Positions 1 through 9,556 of a DNA stretch of 64,000 bases are shown piece by piece (the first letter of the stretch is position 1; each line of letters opens with the position of its first letter). This stretch comes from Patescibacteria group bacterium (GTDB taxonomy: Bacteria; Patescibacteriota; Patescibacteriia; Patescibacteriales; UBA12465). The DNA lies in assembly GCA_016938835.1 (NCBI GenBank), contig JAFGTW010000037.1:9918-73917 (forward strand), given 5' to 3'. The notes under the pieces are model-generated. The model saw only the letters and a program-made list of their open reading frames with translations. It made no database searches and was not told where the DNA came from. The translations under genes and the position numbers were made by a program.

Positions 1-1401
1 ATGTTTGATATGGGCTTTGCTCCTCAAATTGAGGAAGTTTTGAAACGTGTTCCGGTTGGTCGTCAAACTTTATTATTTTCTGCCACTATGCCAACAGCTG
101 TTATGAAATTGGCAGAAAAACATTTACGTGCTCCTGTTAGAATTGAAGTTTCTCCAGCTGGTAGTACGGCGGAATTAGTTGAACAAGAAATTCTTGTTTT
201 ACCTCGTGAAGCTCGCTTTGATCAAATGTTATTATTACTAGATGAGTTTAAAGGTTCAGTTTTAATTTTTGTTCGCACCAAACATGGCGCTACTAAGTTA
301 ACTAAAAAACTTTTATTTGATGGTTTTAAAGCAGCGGAAATTCATTCCAATCTTTCTTTTGCTCAACGCCAAGCTGCTTTAGCAGGTTTTAAGAGTGGAA
401 AACATCGTATTCTTGTAGCTACCGATGTGGCGGCGAGAGGTTTGGATATTAATGATATTGAATTAGTGTTAAATTTTGATTTGCCTGATAATTCTGAGGA
501 CTATGTGCATCGAATTGGACGTACTGCTCGAGCTGGCAAGAAAGGGAAGGCCGTCTCTTTTGCTTCGTCTGATCAGTATCGTGAAATTCAAAAGATTGAA
601 CGTTTAATTAGAAAGAATTTACCTGTTAGAAATATAGGGTCTGCAGTTAACCGTCCTCGTATTGATCAGCGGCCAATGTCTGCTTCTCGTAATCAGAGCT
701 CTGCTCCGAGAAAGTTTACTCAAAATAACAATTTTAGAAAAGCTCCTCAGACTTCAGTAAGGACAAGAAATAGTGTGCCCGTTCGTAGTCGAGTAGCAGT
801 TGCTCCAGCGGAAAATTATAGTAGTCTCGGTTTCCGCAAGCGGGCCGCTATTACCGATGTCACCGCTACTCCAGATTATTTGCAAACATCTGAGCCTAAA
901 CGTCAGGATGCTTACCCAGCTAGAAAGTCTGCTCCATTTAGAGCAAAGGGAAAATTTTCCTCAAGAAATGATAAGTCTTATGCTCGTTCCGCTAAAAAAA
1001 CTGAAACCAAGCCAAGAGCAAATACGTCTGTGAATAGAGCAGATGTGCCCTTAATTGTTAATCCAGAATTTGATGGCGGCAACCGCTTTGCTTTCCGTCG
1101 TAAAATGTTTCAACTTAAAGAAGAAGCAAAAGGGCGCTCACCTAAACGCAGTTATACTAAAGCTGTCGGAGCTAAATCTGTTCCAGGCAAGAAGAGCGAA
1201 ATCGCTAAACCTTATCGGGAGACAAAAAATAAAACCGCCGAGACAAAGCCATATCGTGAATTAAAGATGGGGGTTAGATCTTCCGGTTACAAAGTCTTTA
1301 AGGGTAAAGAAACTTTTGCCGCTAAAGATAAGGAGCAAGAGAAAGCTGCGCGACCTACTTTTAAGGCAAAAGCCTTTAAACCTCGATTCAAGAAGAAATA
1401 A
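1..1401 (+). CDS. DEAD-box ATP-dependent RNA helicase, 3' portion (5' end lies outside the window), with a long Lys/Arg-rich C-terminal tail
   Basis: Helicase C-terminal domain motifs (LLFSATMP; HRIGRTARAG). ARGLDI is consistent with motif V. A low-complexity basic tail follows, with repeated KPYRE units. The ORF runs from window position 1. Confidence 0.85.
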   Translation: MFDMGFAPQIEEVLKRVPVGRQTLLFSATMPTAVMKLAEKHLRAPVRIEVSPAGSTAELVEQEILVLPREARFDQMLLLLDEFKGSVLIFVRTKHGATKLTKKLLFDGFKAAEIHSNLSFAQRQAALAGFKSGKHRILVATDVAARGLDINDIELVLNFDLPDNSEDYVHRIGRTARAGKKGKAVSFASSDQYREIQKIERLIRKNLPVRNIGSAVNRPRIDQRPMSASRNQSSAPRKFTQNNNFRKAPQTSVRTRNSVPVRSRVAVAPAENYSSLGFRKRAAITDVTATPDYLQTSEPKRQDAYPARKSAPFRAKGKFSSRNDKSYARSAKKTETKPRANTSVNRADVPLIVNPEFDGGNRFAFRRKMFQLKEEAKGRSPKRSYTKAVGAKSVPGKKSEIAKPYRETKNKTAETKPYRELKMGVRSSGYKVFKGKETFAAKDKEQEKAARPTFKAKAFKPRFKKK

Positions 1402-1496
1402 AATACATAAAATCGCTCTCTTTGGGCGGTTTTTTGTTTGTACCTTTGCCCCCATCTTCATATTACTCTATAATATATAGAACTAATAATAATTTT

Positions 1497-2369
1497 ATGA
1501 ATTTTTCTTTTGTCTCATTTTCTACGCCCAAAAAAGTTAATTTAAAAGGCCTTTGGCTTGGCAGTCAAAGACCTGATAATTTATTTATTTTTTTGCATGG
1601 CTTAAATGATAGTATTTTTTCTCGTGCTGAATTAATGACAGTCCTAGCGACTGGAAAAGATGCTGTTTTGACTTTTAACAACCGCGGCTCAGGTACAATT
1701 AATTATTTTAAAACCGACAAGAAAAATAAAGAGAGACTATTGGCTGGAGTAGCTCATGAGGTTTTTACCGATTGTCTAGACGATATTGACGGTGCTATTA
1801 ATCATGCTTTAACTTATAAACCTAAGAGGATATTTTTAATTGGTCATTCCACGGGCTGCCAAAAAAGTATATATTATTTATCCAAACGAGCTCAGTCTAA
1901 GCTTAAGGGCGCAATTTTACTAGCTCCAATTAGCGACTATGCTAGCATTAATTTATTGGCCCCAGCTGGTAAAAAGAAATATCAAAAAGCTTTAAAAGAG
2001 GCACAGGCCTTAGTTAAGGCAGGAAAACCACACGCATTACTAAAAAATGATTTTATCCCTAGAGAGATAGATGCTCAGAGATTTATTAGTTTATATACGG
2101 CTGATAGTAAAGAAGAAATTTTTAATTATGAATCGGGTAAAAAGTCTAAGGACTTATTACGAGTGAAACAGCCGATTTTAGCTTTTTTAGCTGAATATGA
2201 TGAGTATGCGGATAGGTCAGCGGAGGATATTGCCACTTGGCTAGATTCTCACAATAAGACAGGGAAGCATTTAAAAACGGTAATTATCACAGAAGCTGAT
2301 CATGGCTTTACTGATCAAGAAAATAAAGTAAAACAACAAATCAAGACTTGGCTGAAAAAGATTAAATAA
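1497..2369 (+). CDS. alpha/beta-fold serine hydrolase
   Basis: GHSTG nucleophile-elbow motif (GxSxG) and an HGF C-terminal motif. Start taken at ATG 1497, downstream of a TATAAT at 1469-1474, rather than the tracked 1422. Confidence 0.6.
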   Translation: MNFSFVSFSTPKKVNLKGLWLGSQRPDNLFIFLHGLNDSIFSRAELMTVLATGKDAVLTFNNRGSGTINYFKTDKKNKERLLAGVAHEVFTDCLDDIDGAINHALTYKPKRIFLIGHSTGCQKSIYYLSKRAQSKLKGAILLAPISDYASINLLAPAGKKKYQKALKEAQALVKAGKPHALLKNDFIPREIDAQRFISLYTADSKEEIFNYESGKKSKDLLRVKQPILAFLAEYDEYADRSAEDIATWLDSHNKTGKHLKTVIITEADHGFTDQENKVKQQIKTWLKKIK

Positions 2370-2377
2370 ATTTTTTT

Positions 2378-2881
2378 ATGAAAAAAGAAGTCATATGTCA
2401 TGATAATCAAAAAAATGAATTTTTAGTAGCAGTAGAAAAGTTTCGTTTTCGTCCGTCTGTTTACGGTCTTCTTATTCATGATGGTAAAATATTATTATCG
2501 CCTCAACATGACGGCTATGACTTTCCCGGCGGTGGCGTTAATATGGATGAAAGTTTAGAGGAGGCTTTGCAGCGTGAGTTTTGGGAAGAAACTGGTTTAA
2601 AAATTAAACTTGGTCAAATAATTGAGGCTCACTCTTCTTTTTATAAGCCTGGTGTAAGGCCTGGACGCCTTGAAGATGAGTATTGGAATTGTCAACTTAT
2701 ATATTTTTTAGTGGAACAGACTGGCGGTGAACTTTCTCTAGACTACATTGACGACGATGAAAAAGGTTATCTATCCTTGGCCACCTGGATTGATATTGAT
2801 AAATTAGATAATTTGAAGTTCTATAATCAATTAGGTTCTAAAGGTAGTGTTGATTTGATTAGGTCTCAAATAAAAAATTAA
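2378..2881 (+). CDS. Nudix hydrolase
   Basis: Nudix box GGGVNMDESLEEALQREFWEETGL (Gx5Ex7REUxEExGU). Confidence 0.8.
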   Translation: MKKEVICHDNQKNEFLVAVEKFRFRPSVYGLLIHDGKILLSPQHDGYDFPGGGVNMDESLEEALQREFWEETGLKIKLGQIIEAHSSFYKPGVRPGRLEDEYWNCQLIYFLVEQTGGELSLDYIDDDEKGYLSLATWIDIDKLDNLKFYNQLGSKGSVDLIRSQIKN

Positions 2882-2893
2882 TTTAGTGTCATA

Positions 2894-3436
2894 ATGGAGA
2901 TTAGAGATGATTTAATGATTAGACATCGTCGCGTTCGCCGTTCGCGTCATGTTCGTTTAAGTCTATCGGCGGACGGACGTGTTTTGGTAACGCGTCCTTT
3001 TTGGGTGACAGAAAAGTTTGCCCAGACTTTTGTTGATCAGAAAAAGGAATGGCTCTATCAGCAATTGGAAAAATTAAAAAAAGTGCCAATTTCTCCTTTG
3101 GCACGAGGCACTCGAGCAGACTATCTGCGCTATAAGGAAAAGGCGAGAAAAATTGCTCAAGAACGTTTAGAATATTTTAATCAATTTTATCAATTTAAAT
3201 ATACTCGACTCAGTATTCGTGATCAAAAAACCCGCTGGGGCAGTTGTTCAAAAAGTGGAGGTTTAAATTTTAACTATCGACTAGTATTTTTATCACCTGA
3301 ATTAATTGACTATTTAATAGTTCACGAACTTTGCCACTTAAAACAATTAAATCATAGCCCCGCCTTTTGGAGCTTAGTCTCCAAGCAGATTCCTGATTAT
3401 AAAAAAAGTCGGCAAGAGTTGCATAATTTTAAATAA
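2894..3436 (+). CDS. YgjP/DUF45-family metal-dependent hydrolase (HExxH)
   Basis: HELCH motif near the C-terminus in the context typical of COG1451/WLM-like proteins. About 180 aa. Confidence 0.65.
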   Translation: MEIRDDLMIRHRRVRRSRHVRLSLSADGRVLVTRPFWVTEKFAQTFVDQKKEWLYQQLEKLKKVPISPLARGTRADYLRYKEKARKIAQERLEYFNQFYQFKYTRLSIRDQKTRWGSCSKSGGLNFNYRLVFLSPELIDYLIVHELCHLKQLNHSPAFWSLVSKQIPDYKKSRQELHNFK

Positions 3437-3519
3437 AAATAAATAATAATTTTAGATTTAACGATATCTTGTTTAATTAATATAAGTATAATAAATAGCT
3501 TTTAAATCTATTTTATTCC

Positions 3520-3528
3520 TGTTATAAT
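3520..3528 (+). promoter_or_regulatory. extended -10 promoter element (TGtTATAAT) for the efflux operon
   Basis: tgttataat lies about 40 nt upstream of ATG 3567 in an AT-rich intergenic region. Confidence 0.4.
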
Positions 3529-3566
3529 GTGCTTGAATATATTAATATTTTCTATTTTAAAATAAT

Positions 3567-5489
3567 ATGAAAAAATCAAAACGCTGGTATTGGATAATTG
3601 GTGCCGTAATTCTTATAATTGTGCTTATTTGGTGGTGGCAGTCAAGTAAAGATTCAGCACCAACTTACTCTACTGTTGATGTTGAATTTGGCCCCTTATT
3701 ACAAACTGTTAGTGAAACAGGCACTTTAAAGCCAGTAAAAGAGGTGGCTTTAAATTTTTTATCATCTGGCAGGGTTAAAAGTGTTGAGGTTGCAGTTGGT
3801 GATAAGATTTCTGCCGGAGCTGTTTTAGCTTCTTTAGATGATAATAGTTTGCAATCTCGCAAAGCTGAATTAGAAGCTGGTTTGCAAATTGCTCAAGCTT
3901 CATTATCTAAAACGTTGGCTGGGGCAAGTTCTCAATCAGTTTCCGTTAGTCGCTCTAATTTAAATCAAACTGAATCTGCTTTAGACTCGGCGGAAATTGA
4001 TTTACAAAAAACTAAACAAACGGTGGCTGAAAATATTCGTCAGGCAGAAAAAACTCTAGCCGATTTACAAGACGATACAATCACTAGTTTAACCACGCAA
4101 GAGCAAGCTATTAGTAGTGCTCAGACTTCTCTCGACAACGCTATTAAAACTGGAACCAAAAATATTACAAATGCTCGTAGTTCTGTTTTATTAATTATGA
4201 GCGATAAGATTTTAACAGCTCAAATTGCCTTAGATAATATCAATACAATTTTAACTGATGATAAAGCTAGTTCAGTTTTAGGTGTAAAAAATAGCTCCTT
4301 ACTTAATTTAACAGCTGGCGCTCGTTTGGCGGCCGTAGCTTTAATTGATGAGGCTCAAACGGCATTAGCTAATGTTGGTAGTCGCACCGATCAAGCTATT
4401 ATTGAAACGGCTGGACAAAATGTGCAGAATCTACTTACTAAAACTGATAGTGCCCTTGATTATTCTTATGCTATGTTAGAAGCCAGTATTACTAGTTCAG
4501 ATTTTCCTCAAGCAAGTCTTGATGCTTATAAATCTTTAGTTAGTTCTCAGTCTTCTTTAATTAATGCGGCTAGTACAGCGGTAGAAAATGGATTACAAGC
4601 CTTACGTAATGCATTTATTAATAATGATACAGCTATTGCTAGCGCTCAAGATGGTGTTCGTCAGGCTCAGGTAAATTTAAATAATGCAATTTTAGCAGCT
4701 AATAATAATTTAGAAAGTTTAAAGCTTAGTGGGTCTCAGCAAATTGCTACCGCACAAGCTAGAGTAGATAGTTCTGAACGGGCAGTAGAAGTTGCTAGGG
4801 CACAATTAAATAATACTCTCGCTCCAGCTCGTACTCAAGATTTAGCTTTGGCCCAGGCTCAAGTTAGTCAGGCTCAAGCCAGTCTAGCTGGCATTGAACA
4901 GCAAATTAGTGACACTATTCTCACTTCACCCTTGGAGGGCGTAGTTACAGCAGTAAATTATGAAATTGGTGAACAGTTTGGTGTTGGCGGTAAAGCAATG
5001 GTAACTATTTTGGTAAATAATAGTTTTAATGTTGAGGTTGACATCGCTGAATCAAATATTAGTAAGATTAAGATCGGCGATCCAGTTGATATTACTTTTG
5101 ATGCTTTTCCTGATGATTTTATTTTACCAGGTCAAGTTAGTTTCATTGAGCCAGCTCAGACTTTAATTCAAGATGTTGTTTATTATAAAGTTAAAGTTGA
5201 TTTTTATGATTTAAATAGTGTGATGAGTAAAATTGAAGCACGCGGCTTAACGCTTAAAGCCGGTATGACAGCTAATATTGTGATAACTACCGATAGACGC
5301 GAGAATGTTTTACAGGTTCCAGCTAGAGCTTTAATTGAAAAAGACGGACAAAAAATAATTAGATTGTTAGTTAATGGAGTTGCACAAGAAGTTCCAGTGG
5401 AAACCGGTCTCAGAGGTGATGAAGGTATGATTGAAATCTTAAGTGGTTTACAAAGTGGCGACACGGTTATTACCTTTGTCAAAAATTAA
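3567..5489 (+). CDS. HlyD/MacA-family periplasmic adaptor (membrane fusion protein) with an unusually long coiled-coil hairpin
   Basis: N-terminal TM anchor (WYWIIGAVILIIVLIWWW). Split lipoyl/beta-barrel segments flank about 350 aa of Ala/Gln/Ser/Leu-rich helical sequence. The C-terminal membrane-proximal domain is also present. It is the first gene of an operon with an ABC ATPase and permeases. Confidence 0.75.
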   Translation: MKKSKRWYWIIGAVILIIVLIWWWQSSKDSAPTYSTVDVEFGPLLQTVSETGTLKPVKEVALNFLSSGRVKSVEVAVGDKISAGAVLASLDDNSLQSRKAELEAGLQIAQASLSKTLAGASSQSVSVSRSNLNQTESALDSAEIDLQKTKQTVAENIRQAEKTLADLQDDTITSLTTQEQAISSAQTSLDNAIKTGTKNITNARSSVLLIMSDKILTAQIALDNINTILTDDKASSVLGVKNSSLLNLTAGARLAAVALIDEAQTALANVGSRTDQAIIETAGQNVQNLLTKTDSALDYSYAMLEASITSSDFPQASLDAYKSLVSSQSSLINAASTAVENGLQALRNAFINNDTAIASAQDGVRQAQVNLNNAILAANNNLESLKLSGSQQIATAQARVDSSERAVEVARAQLNNTLAPARTQDLALAQAQVSQAQASLAGIEQQISDTILTSPLEGVVTAVNYEIGEQFGVGGKAMVTILVNNSFNVEVDIAESNISKIKIGDPVDITFDAFPDDFILPGQVSFIEPAQTLIQDVVYYKVKVDFYDLNSVMSKIEARGLTLKAGMTANIVITTDRRENVLQVPARALIEKDGQKIIRLLVNGVAQEVPVETGLRGDEGMIEILSGLQSGDTVITFVKN

Positions 5490-5501
5490 TCAATAATTGT
5501 T

Positions 5502-6224
5502 ATGGCACAAGCTTTAATTCAGTTAGACAACATCATTAAAACATATGTTAGTGGCGAGTTAGTAACGGAAGTTTTAAAAAACGTTAGTTTTAAGATTGAG
5601 AAAGGAGAATTTGTGTCTATTATGGGGCCGTCAGGTTCAGGCAAGTCTACATTAATGCATATTCTTGGTCTTTTAGAGCGTCCAAGTGAGGGAAAATATT
5701 TTTTTGCTCATAAAAATATTGCCGATTTAAATGATGAGGAATTGGCTCATTTACGTAATCGTGAAATTGGTTTCGTTTTCCAGTCTTTTAATTTATTAGC
5801 TCGCACCAGTGTACTTGATAATGTTAAATTGCCACTGATTTATTCTCAGAATAAGAAAAAGATGGATGCTAGAGCGGCAAAAGTTTTAAAAAGCGTTGGA
5901 TTAGAACATCGTCTTCATTATTTTACTAATCAAATTTCTGGAGGAGAGAAGCAAAGGGTGGCGATTGCTAGGGCGCTTGTAAATGAACCGGCGGTAATTT
6001 TTGCCGATGAGCCGACGGGAAATTTAGATTCAAAATCAGGGGTTCAGGTTATGAAGATTTTGCAGGATTTAAATGCCCAAGGTAAGACAATTATTTTAGT
6101 TACTCACGAAACTTTTACCGCTGAGCATGCTAAGCGTATTATTCAAGTACATGATGGTCAGATTGTTAGCGATAAGGTTGTTAAGAATCGTCGTTTTGCT
6201 AATGAAGGTGAGCTTTTGAAATAA
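5502..6224 (+). CDS. ABC transporter ATP-binding protein (MacB/LolD-type)
   Basis: Walker A GPSGSGKST, ABC signature LSGGEKQRVAIARAL, Walker B IIFADEPTGNLD and an H-loop. Confidence 0.9.
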   Translation: MAQALIQLDNIIKTYVSGELVTEVLKNVSFKIEKGEFVSIMGPSGSGKSTLMHILGLLERPSEGKYFFAHKNIADLNDEELAHLRNREIGFVFQSFNLLARTSVLDNVKLPLIYSQNKKKMDARAAKVLKSVGLEHRLHYFTNQISGGEKQRVAIARALVNEPAVIFADEPTGNLDSKSGVQVMKILQDLNAQGKTIILVTHETFTAEHAKRIIQVHDGQIVSDKVVKNRRFANEGELLK

Positions 6225-6229
6225 AAATT

Positions 6230-7477
6230 ATGTGGGAGAATATTCGTCAATTAATCATGCTAGTATCCCGGGCCTTGTTTAGTAATAAGACCCGGAGTTT
6301 TTTAACCATGCTTGGCATTATTATTGGTGTCGGTGCAGTTGTTTTGATTATGTCTTTAGGCGCGGGTGCTCAATCTTTAATTTTAGGACAATTAGAAGGT
6401 TTTGGCGGCGATCTTATTGGTGTTCTTCCTGGTCAATCAGATTCTAACGGACCGCCAGCAGCTGTTTTCGGAGTTAAAGTTACTAGTTTAAAAATAGGTG
6501 ATGCCCAGGCCTTTAAAGATGAAAAAAATGTTTCCCATGTGGACGCAGTAGTTGCTTATTATCAAACTAGCGTTCCTCTTTTTTGGCGAGATCAGAGCTA
6601 TGATACAACCTTGCAGGGAGTTGATGGTGATTATTTATCTGTTGATGGTGGCGAAGTAGCGGCTGGGCGTTTTTTTAGTATTGATGAAATGTCGTCAAAT
6701 CTACGTTTGGTTGTTTTGGGTAGTACGGTAGCGTCTGAGCTGTTTGCCTATAATGATCCTATTGGACAGAAAATAAAAGTTGCCAATCAGTCAGCTACCG
6801 TGATTGGTGTAATGAAAGAAAGAGGACAAGTTGGTTTTCAAAATTATGATGATTTAATCTTAAGTCCACTTGAGTTCGCGCAGAAAGAAATTGCCAGCGT
6901 TAATTATTTAAGTGCTATTAGAATTAAACTTGATTCGGCTGACAATATTGATGAGAGCATGGAAATGGTTCGACAAACTTTACGCGAGCGTCATGGCATT
7001 ACTGACCCAGCTGATGATGATTTTTCTGTACGTAGTTTTCGTGACGCCTTAGCGCTAGTTACTAGTATTACCGATGCTTTAAGATATTTCTTAGCGGCGA
7101 TGGCAGCCTTGTCTTTACTGGTCGGTGGCATTGGTATTATGAATATTATGTTAGTTAGTGTGACTGAGCGAACACGTGAGATTGGCTTACGTAAAGCCAT
7201 CGGCGCTACTAATAGACAGGTTTTGAGTCAGTTTTTATTTGAAGCCATCGCCTTAACTTTAATTGGAGGTGTTATAGGATTAATTGGTGGTATGTTATTT
7301 TCATATTTAGCGGCCGTTATTGTGCGCTCGCTTGGTTATCGTTGGGATTTTGTTATTTCTATGTCTTCCATTATTGTCGCTATTGGTCTTTCAACTTTGA
7401 TTGGTGTTATTTTCGGTTATTATCCTGCTAAACGGGCTAGTCGCCTTAGTCCAATAGATGCTTTACGCTACGAATAA
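6230..7477 (+). CDS. ABC transporter permease, FtsX/MacB family (permease 1)
   Basis: N-terminal TM helix, large extracytoplasmic domain and a C-terminal 3-TM FtsX domain (GGIGIMNIMLVSVTERTREIG). Confidence 0.85.
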   Translation: MWENIRQLIMLVSRALFSNKTRSFLTMLGIIIGVGAVVLIMSLGAGAQSLILGQLEGFGGDLIGVLPGQSDSNGPPAAVFGVKVTSLKIGDAQAFKDEKNVSHVDAVVAYYQTSVPLFWRDQSYDTTLQGVDGDYLSVDGGEVAAGRFFSIDEMSSNLRLVVLGSTVASELFAYNDPIGQKIKVANQSATVIGVMKERGQVGFQNYDDLILSPLEFAQKEIASVNYLSAIRIKLDSADNIDESMEMVRQTLRERHGITDPADDDFSVRSFRDALALVTSITDALRYFLAAMAALSLLVGGIGIMNIMLVSVTERTREIGLRKAIGATNRQVLSQFLFEAIALTLIGGVIGLIGGMLFSYLAAVIVRSLGYRWDFVISMSSIIVAIGLSTLIGVIFGYYPAKRASRLSPIDALRYE

Positions 7478-8708
7478 GTTTATGCAATTAATTATCGCTT
7501 TTCAATTAGCTTGGAATTCTCTACGTCTTAATTTATTAAGGACGAGCTTAACTGTGCTTGGTGTAGTTATTGGTGTTGCGGCGATTATTATTGTCTTTGC
7601 GGCTGGTAGTGGTATTAGTAATTTGGTTTCTGGCGAAATTGAGTCATATGGCACTAATGTTATTCAAACCGAAACGAAAGTGCCTGGCTCAAATGGTCCG
7701 AGTGTTTCTGAAGTTACCAGTTTAAAATTATCTGACATGGAGGCGATTAATAAATTGGATAATGTTGAGGATAGTTACGCTGTCTCTCTTGGTCAGCAAA
7801 AAGTTAGTTATGCCGCTGAGAGTGTTAAAGTTTTTTTGTTTGGCACTAGTGCTCCTTACGCTCAAATTGATACTAAAACTAAATTAGCGGAAGGTGTATA
7901 TTTCAGTGAAGAGGACGATCGCAGTCAGGCGGCGGTAGTTGTACTGGGGGCGACTCTTAAAGAAACTTTATTTGGTGATCAAAAAGCTTTGGGTAATTTT
8001 ATAAAAATTGGTACAAAGAAATTTCAAGTTATTGGTGTTTTAGAGGAGCAGGGCGGAGGTGCTAGTTTTTTAGATTTTGATAATACTCTTTATATACCCA
8101 TTCAGACCCTGCATAAACGCATTTTAGGCATTGATTATGCTATGTATTTCATGCATCAAATTCGTGATCTCAATCAGGCTGAAGAAACGGCTGCCGAAAT
8201 TCGTTCAGTTTTACGTGATCGTCATGATATTAGTGATCCAGAAAAAGATGATTTTCGTGTTTCTACGATGGCGGAGATGCTTGATACCCTAGGCACAGTG
8301 ACCGGAGCAGTTACGTATTTGCTTTTAGCTATCGTCCTTATCTCTTTATTGGTTGGTGGTGTTGGTATAATGAATATCATGTATGTAACCGTGACTGAAC
8401 GTACGCCGGAAATTGGATTACGTAAGGCGATGGGAGCAACGGCCAGCGATGTAGCTTGGCAATTTCTAATTGAATCTCTGCTTATTACTTTTTGGGGTTG
8501 GGTATTAGGAGTGATTTTTGGGGTACTTGCTTCTTTTGCTTTAAGTTTATTAGCTCAGCATTTTAATTTGAATTGGCAATTTTCTTGGCCTTGGCAGGGA
8601 ATTGCTCTATCACTTTTATTTTCTCTTATCTGTGGCCTTCTTTTTGGCTATCGTCCTGCAAATCAGGCTTCACGTCTTGATCCAGTGACGGCTTTAAGGG
8701 CGGAATAA
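7458..8708 (+). CDS. ABC transporter permease, FtsX/MacB family (permease 2, paralog of the preceding gene)
   Basis: Same architecture as permease 1 (GGVGIMNIMYVTVTERTPEIG). Start at 7458 overlaps the previous gene by 20 nt; ATG 7482 is an alternative start. Confidence 0.85.
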   Translation: MLYATNKFMQLIIAFQLAWNSLRLNLLRTSLTVLGVVIGVAAIIIVFAAGSGISNLVSGEIESYGTNVIQTETKVPGSNGPSVSEVTSLKLSDMEAINKLDNVEDSYAVSLGQQKVSYAAESVKVFLFGTSAPYAQIDTKTKLAEGVYFSEEDDRSQAAVVVLGATLKETLFGDQKALGNFIKIGTKKFQVIGVLEEQGGGASFLDFDNTLYIPIQTLHKRILGIDYAMYFMHQIRDLNQAEETAAEIRSVLRDRHDISDPEKDDFRVSTMAEMLDTLGTVTGAVTYLLLAIVLISLLVGGVGIMNIMYVTVTERTPEIGLRKAMGATASDVAWQFLIESLLITFWGWVLGVIFGVLASFALSLLAQHFNLNWQFSWPWQGIALSLLFSLICGLLFGYRPANQASRLDPVTALRAE

Positions 8709-8735
8709 ATCTTTTAATTATTAATATTTAAATGT

Positions 8736-8761
8736 AAAGACCGTTATTGGTCTTTTTTATT
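8736..8761 (+). terminator. intrinsic terminator after the efflux operon
   Basis: aaagacc-gttatt-ggtcttt stem-loop followed by a T-tract. Confidence 0.7.
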
Positions 8762-8905
8762 ATAAAATTAAAGTGGAAGAAAAAATCTGAACAAGCGTAG
8801 TACTATTTGGAGGCGCCAAGATACATTATTTACAAATTTAATAAAAATAAAATTAATTAGTTTATGTGAGGGTTGTCTAACATCTCTTAAATAAATAATA
8901 AAAAT

Positions 8906-9421
8906 ATGAAAAAGAAAAATATTGTTACCACTAGTGTATTAAGTTTAGCCATGATTGCTCTAGCTGCTGGATTTGCTTTTAATGCTTATGCACAGACACC
9001 AGACACCAACACCGCCAAAGCTATGTTTAGAGGCGAAGGCTTCAGACAAAATGTAAATTTCACTGACGAACAGAAGGCGGATATGGAGGCTCGTCGTGCA
9101 GAGATGGAGACTATTAGAGCTGAGCATCAAGCGGCTATGCAGACAGCTTTAAATAGCGGTAATTATGATACTTGGGTGCAAGTAGTTAAGAATCAGATGG
9201 GTGATAATGCTCCAATTCTAAGTCAAGTTACATCTGATAATTTTTCTCAATTTACTGAAGCTCATAACTTAATGATTCAGGCCCAGGAAAAATTTGCCGC
9301 TATCGGCGTTGACCGCGGTTTTGGTATGCATGATGGTTCTGGTCGTGGTGAAGGAATAGGCAGAGGCATGGGACGTGGTTTAGGTTTAAACCGCACCGCC
9401 AGTACCGTTAATGCTCAATAA
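8906..9421 (+). CDS. secreted Spy/CpxP/ZraP-like (LTxxQ-type) periplasmic stress protein with a Gly/Arg-rich C-terminal tail
   Basis: Signal peptide with a likely AYA-Q cleavage site. FTDEQKADMEARRAEME resembles LTxxQ helical repeats. The C-terminus GSGRGEGIGRGMGRGLGLNR is Gly-rich, as in ZraP. Confidence 0.4.
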   Translation: MKKKNIVTTSVLSLAMIALAAGFAFNAYAQTPDTNTAKAMFRGEGFRQNVNFTDEQKADMEARRAEMETIRAEHQAAMQTALNSGNYDTWVQVVKNQMGDNAPILSQVTSDNFSQFTEAHNLMIQAQEKFAAIGVDRGFGMHDGSGRGEGIGRGMGRGLGLNRTASTVNAQ

Positions 9422-9481
9422 TATATAGGTTTAATAGAAATAATCTGGGTAGAGGCTTCCAAGTCCTCGTCCTGACAATAA

Positions 9482-9503
9482 GCTCCCGAAGAGGGGCTTT
9501 TTG
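9482..9503 (+). terminator. intrinsic terminator (+ strand gene)
   Basis: gctcc-cgaaga-ggggc stem followed by ttttt. Confidence 0.55.
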
Positions 9504-9507
9504 TTAT

Positions 9508-9545
9508 AAAAAAGCGACCCGAGCAGGGCCGCTTTCTTTTTGTAT
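9508..9545 (-). terminator. intrinsic terminator for the minus-strand exchanger gene (convergent with the previous terminator)
   Basis: On the minus strand, gcggccc-tgctc-gggtcgc is followed by a U-tract. Confidence 0.6.
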
Positions 9546-9556
9546 AAATTTTGTGT

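Noticed and set aside
800-1264. Internal and alternative-frame ORFs within large genes (800-1033, 1055-1264, 3665-3862, 9615-10016, 22949-23293 and similar)
   Set aside because: Each lies wholly inside a longer ORF with clear conserved-family motifs. They are typical shadow ORFs.
1401-1470. Intrinsic terminator after the helicase gene
   Set aside because: A T-tract is present (ggcggttttttgtttg) but the preceding sequence cgctctctttgggcgg is not self-complementary, so no convincing hairpin. Not annotated.
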